A DNA stretch of 63,654 nt, filler included, from Collodictyon triciliatum (taxonomy: Eukaryota): NCBI GenBank assembly GCA_043381765.1. It is 6 parts of 6 records of this genome, joined end to end, with 100 filler letters (N's around TTAATTAATTAA, not from the genome) between each part and the next. Parts side by side here need not be neighbours in the genome. Positions count along the whole stretch, not along the records: positions 53,332 to 61,371 come from JBHJMP010000149.1; positions 61,472 to 63,654 come from JBHJMP010000220.1; 4 more parts are not named here. The stretch is one strand, 5' to 3'. The notes under the pieces are model-generated. The model had not been told where the DNA came from and did not search any database. It was given only the letters and a program-made list of their open reading frames with translations. A program made the position numbers and the translations under genes. Positions 56,595 to 63,654 of this stretch are shown here, in pieces. Positions within the stretch are counted from its first letter, which is position 1. Every line of letters starts with the position of its first letter.

Positions 56595-58632
56595 GGAAGG
56601 AGTATTAGAAGACGAACACATTCGACGAAGTGATTGGCTTGCGCGGCTTGCACTTGGTGACAACTATTTTATTTTTTGTCTTAAGGCGTTCAGTGTCTTC
56701 AAAGCAAGACTGCCTGAGAATTCCTCCTCCATTTTGCCCGGAATGTGTGTGCCGGGCCGTAATTGAATTCTAAAATAAAAGAAGTTTTCGTGTCCAAAGC
56801 GAGCCCGTGTGTCCAGCAAGAATGCAGTGGATGCCGGAATGTTCTGCGACTTCTGGTCTCGAAAGCTAAAAGTCGTGTTTTTTTTTTCTGAAGAAAAGAC
56901 GATTCTTGGTTGACCAGAAACTATAAATTTATATGCAAAAATGATAAATTTTTTTCCATTCTTCGGCTCTGTTTTCATGAGGGTCAATCCGCTATATCTC
57001 GTCTGGTTTACTTGGCCGTGACCATGGCGCGATTGTTGGAGCAGTGCATCTCTACTACCCGGAGAAAACCTAGTCACTCTAGCTAGATTTGTTGGCCTGC
57101 TCCGCCCTGATAAATCCCACAATGTGGGTTATAATGTCAATTTTCTATATCAGAAATTGACTTCACCGGCCATCGACACATATGTCATTATCCCGATCTG
57201 CCGCAATCGGATTTTCTTTTGGTCTAGATTTTATAATTTTTTTTTTATGCAGTGTTTTTTTTCCTCGAATTTTGAATGAAAGCATCTTCTATTTGTTTTT
57301 TTCGGTATGCAGTATATATCAATTAATTGAAATCACATGCTGCATTTCATTTCGATAGAACAGAGAGCCAGAATCCCTGTGCGCAAATGTTTGATTTGCC
57401 TGTGCATTTTTCCATATTGTTTTGGCCGTTTTCACCAGCGAGGCTACTCTTTAGGATTTTTCTTGTGTCAGCATCATTTTTTTTTAAAAAAAAAATTGAT
57501 AACAATATTTTAATCAACAAAACTATTTGATAATGAAATAATCGGATTTGGAAGCAGAAGGACAACAACAAGAAGAAAAAAAATATGTTGCAATGACACT
57601 TGCCTGGTGAATTATAAATCTCTTCTTTTCATCTAAACCACACCACACAAAACGAACACTTCCCAGGTGGGATGTCTCTTTTTCCATAGAGTGTGTGCAG
57701 GCTTTTTGGTAGTTGATATTGTTTTTTTGTTTTTTTGTTATAATTTAATTTGTCTCATTTTCTCATTGAGATATTGTTTTTTTTTTTCTTAACCTTCATT
57801 TCTTTCCGTAACTTCATAAAGGATTCGCCACACAGATTGATTCCTCTCAACGAATCATTCCACTTGGGTCTATATTATTCCACTGCCCCTCTACAAAGAA
57901 GAAAAAAAAAACACGTTAACAGGCAAGCCATCTGAATCTCCCCTTCGTGGTCTTGATATATCTCCTTGGCGAGGCACAGCATCTGTTTTTCTTTTTCTTC
58001 TTCAATTTCTCTAGTATCGCTAATAGCCAAGCATCTATCGATTCTGCGTCTACCCGCAGCTACCCCCTGGGATCCTGTCTCAAGCATGGAAGCCAGCGTT
58101 TTTCTTTTGTTATCATATATGTGTGACTGACTCGCTTTTCGGTTGAATTATGTCCAAGCTGCTTGAGACCAAATGCAAAGCCTATTCCTTGCGATCACCG
58201 TCCTTCGATCATTCCCCCGCCTCATCCATCTCATACCTATGCATGATAATCTTGGGGGATGCTCATATACGCTACCTCGGTGCTGTGATTGATCTCAAAC
58301 CAAATGCATTTGCTCTGGCCATACTTCTTTTTTCTTTTCTTTTCTTTTCCTCTTTTTTTTTTTTTTATCTATACCACCATCGAGTTTTCCTCGCTCCAAG
58401 AGCAAAGAACCCACTCGCTCCCCACTTTCATCGCACGCATAATCTCTCAGTCATCCTTTGATACATATCGGATTTATTTTATCATCAAGAGTGAATATAT
58501 CTTTTCGTTGCCCTCATACCATTGTCTTTGTTATCGGAGGCGTCCTCCCTCCACAGCGGATGATACCAAAAAGAAAAAAAGAAGCGATTACTTCTGTGAA
58601 CTGATCCGCATTGAGTTCTTCAGACCAGCTCG

Positions 58633-61128
<2,496 letters not shown>

Positions 61129-61267
61129 GTGACAAAACTCTACCAAACTATACCCATCATCAAGTCGTTTTTCAATATTTATAACAATAGATATAGAAAT
61201 AGTCATTATAGCCATAATTTCGCCGCTATGAAGCTAAGATCACTACAATTACCATCATCACAGCCTT

Positions 61268-61370
<103 letters not shown>

Positions 61371-61371
61371 T

Positions 61372-61471
61372 NNNNNNNNNNNNNNNNNNNNNNNNNNNNN
61401 NNNNNNNNNNNNNNNTTAATTAATTAANNNNNNNNNNNNNNNNNNNNNNNNNNNNNNNNNNNNNNNNNNNN
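61372..61471. other. Artificial scaffold linker
   Basis: N44-TTAATTAATTAA-N44, preceded by (TTTA)n. Confidence 0.95.
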
Positions 61472-61597
61472 AGACTGTTTTTTTTTTTAAAAAATAAAAA
61501 AAATTAAAAAAAAAAAAAAAAATAAAAAAAAAACAAAAAAAAAAAAACAAAAAAAAAAAAAACAAAAAACAAACCAAACATGCACCATCCTTTTAGT

Positions 61598-62895
61598 CTT
61601 TTTGGAATTCGCCAATAGCTGTCAATTATCATGAAGAGCTAGCAATCAAGACTGCGTTGTTACAGTTGGTTAGTTTCAAGCTTCATTTTCTTTGAAAGCA
61701 TTATTATTATCCTTGATCAAATATTTTCATAATTAATGAAAGCTACCATTGATTTATAGGTTTATTATTTTTTATTGCTTTTATTGTGCAAATATTTTAA
61801 AAAAGTAGTTGACTATTAGATTTCTAAATAAAATACCTTTGTTTCGATCAGAAAGCTCTGCGACAGCTGAATACCGATTGGATCGAGAAGGGGAAAATTC
61901 GAGAGAGCCTAGAAATGCGAATAGGGATTCACACTGGAGAGGTTCTAGTCGGCAACATTGGATCTTCAAACAGAATGAAATATGGGGCAGTAGGTGATGC
62001 TGTTAACCTTGCATCCAGGTTAAGAGCAAATTTATTGTACAAGTCCTTTTGTACATATATATTTCAAACTGAAGTATCACACTGTAATAATTTTGAATTT
62101 AATATTTCACTAAAACGATGTTCAAATTGTTCAAATATCTTACATGGTGAGTTTAATTCAAAAAAAATCTTTTGAGTAGATTGGAAGGACTGAACAAAAG
62201 ATATGGGACAGAAATGATTATAAGTCACATAACCTACGAAAAAGTTAAAAATTTCTTCATCTGTAGACCGTTAGAAACAGTCATCGTTAAAGGAAGGTTA
62301 TAAAAAAGTTCAGCTACCAGAACCCTAACATATATTAAAGAGAAGTTTAAGATTTTTTTTTTCGTGAGATATTAAAAAAAAAAAAAAAAAAAAAACACAT
62401 TAAAAAAAAAAAAAAAAAAAAAAAAANNNNNNNNNNNNNNNNNNNNNNNNNNNNNNNNNNNNNNNNNNNNNNNNNNNNNNNNNNNNNNNNNNNNNNNNNN
62501 NNNNNNNNNNNNNNNNNNNNNNNNNNAAATCAGAAAAATATAAAAAAAAAAAATAAAAAATTTTTTTTTTTAAAATATTAAAAAAAAAAAAAAAAAAGGA
62601 GCACATTTATGATCTTAACAACAAATTGTTTAGGACTGAGCCAATTAAGATTTATGAAGTTATCGAATTCTCAGAACATGAATTAGACAGAGACAAATCC
62701 TCTCTGCTGAGAAAGAAGGTACAAGTACTGGAGAATATTCAAGAGCTTAATTTGAAAACTCAGGAAATGAGGTTGACAGTAATCGACCAGCTGAGGGACT
62801 ATGTTCGCCAACATAATGACTCGCCTGCGTATCGTATACTCGAGATAGTTACTAATCCACTCTACAACGGCGTTTCAGTTATAGACACAAAATAA
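61598..62895 (+). CDS. Class III adenylate/guanylate cyclase, C-terminal part (5' end lost)
   Basis: Spliced: FWNSP...HEELAIKTAL|...MRIGIHTGEVLVGNIGSSNRMKYGAVGDAVNLASR|LEGLNKRYGTEMIIS...VIVKGR|TEPIKIYEV. The catalytic NxxxR is present. Confidence 0.9.
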
Positions 62896-63116
62896 AAATC
62901 AATTAGTGAAGTTTTTATGATGTAGAAACACTGAGAGTGCCGGTAATATCTGATATTTAGACAAGTTACATTTATAAATAATTATTTAATTCAGTAAGCA
63001 AAAAAGTAGACTGGTAAATTAAAGAATATCTTACAAGAGACTGCCCCCACCCCTTCACAAAATCTGAATATGCTTACCATCTTCTTAAAGGCGTGGTTAT
63101 CGATGAAATTGCTTGG

Positions 63117-63148
<32 letters not shown>

Positions 63149-63654
63149 GTATACATGCCAAAATTCACGAGCGATATACCAAGGAGCCAGAACGCGATGT
63201 TAAAATGTGCTTTCTAGATATAAAAGTGGAGAGTGTAAGGTATGTTCGAGTTGAAATTGTGTGGTCGGCAGGGACTGCGCTGTAACACACAACAATTGAG
63301 CTAGACGGCTTGACGCAAGAAGCGAAAAGAATACATCAGGTATGAATTCATTATGCATGAAAGATTTAACAAATTAGAGATAATTGCACATCTACTGCAA
63401 ATACATTGGAATTACACAGTGTATGATATCTTATAAATATATTCCGCATTTGTCTGATACAATTTAAACATTCAAATATTCACAATATTTCAAAAACAAA
63501 ATCCAATTATTTAAATTCTGGGTAATACGGTTCCATTTTTCTAAATAATAAAAAACCAAAAAAACCAAAAAAAACCAAAAAAAACCAAAAAAAACCAAAA
63601 AAACCAAAAACCAAAAAACCAAAAAACCAAAAAACCAAAAAACCAAAAAACAAA

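Overview
AT-rich, intron-rich genomic DNA from a eukaryote that is probably a flagellated, mitochondriate protist (it has a DNAAF1 dynein assembly factor and an RRM protein with a mitochondrial-type presequence). The window is not contiguous. Five artificial N44-TTAATTAATTAA-N44 linkers join six scaffolds, and many microsatellite-flanked gaps are present. Host genes include an HMG-box protein, an RI-like LRR protein, an RRM protein, a tandem-USP protein, DNAAF1, a macrodomain protein, an FG-GAP/Cys-rich multi-pass membrane protein, a Fic protein, a Sel1-repeat protein, an AAA ATPase, two SNF1/MARK-family kinase paralogs and a class III nucleotide cyclase. The main discovery is two decayed copies of a Fanzor1-type (eukaryotic TnpB/OMEGA, RNA-guided RuvC nuclease) element at 42411-43802 (+) and 53720-54322 (-). 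They share a structured ~120-nt 3' region (candidate omegaRNA scaffold), and clear homology stops at TTCTAGT. For copy 1, candidate termini (TATA|CAC...GTG|TATA) suggest a ~2.07-kb element inserted antisense in the first intron of the Fic gene. All exon models and alignments were made by eye; no searches were run.
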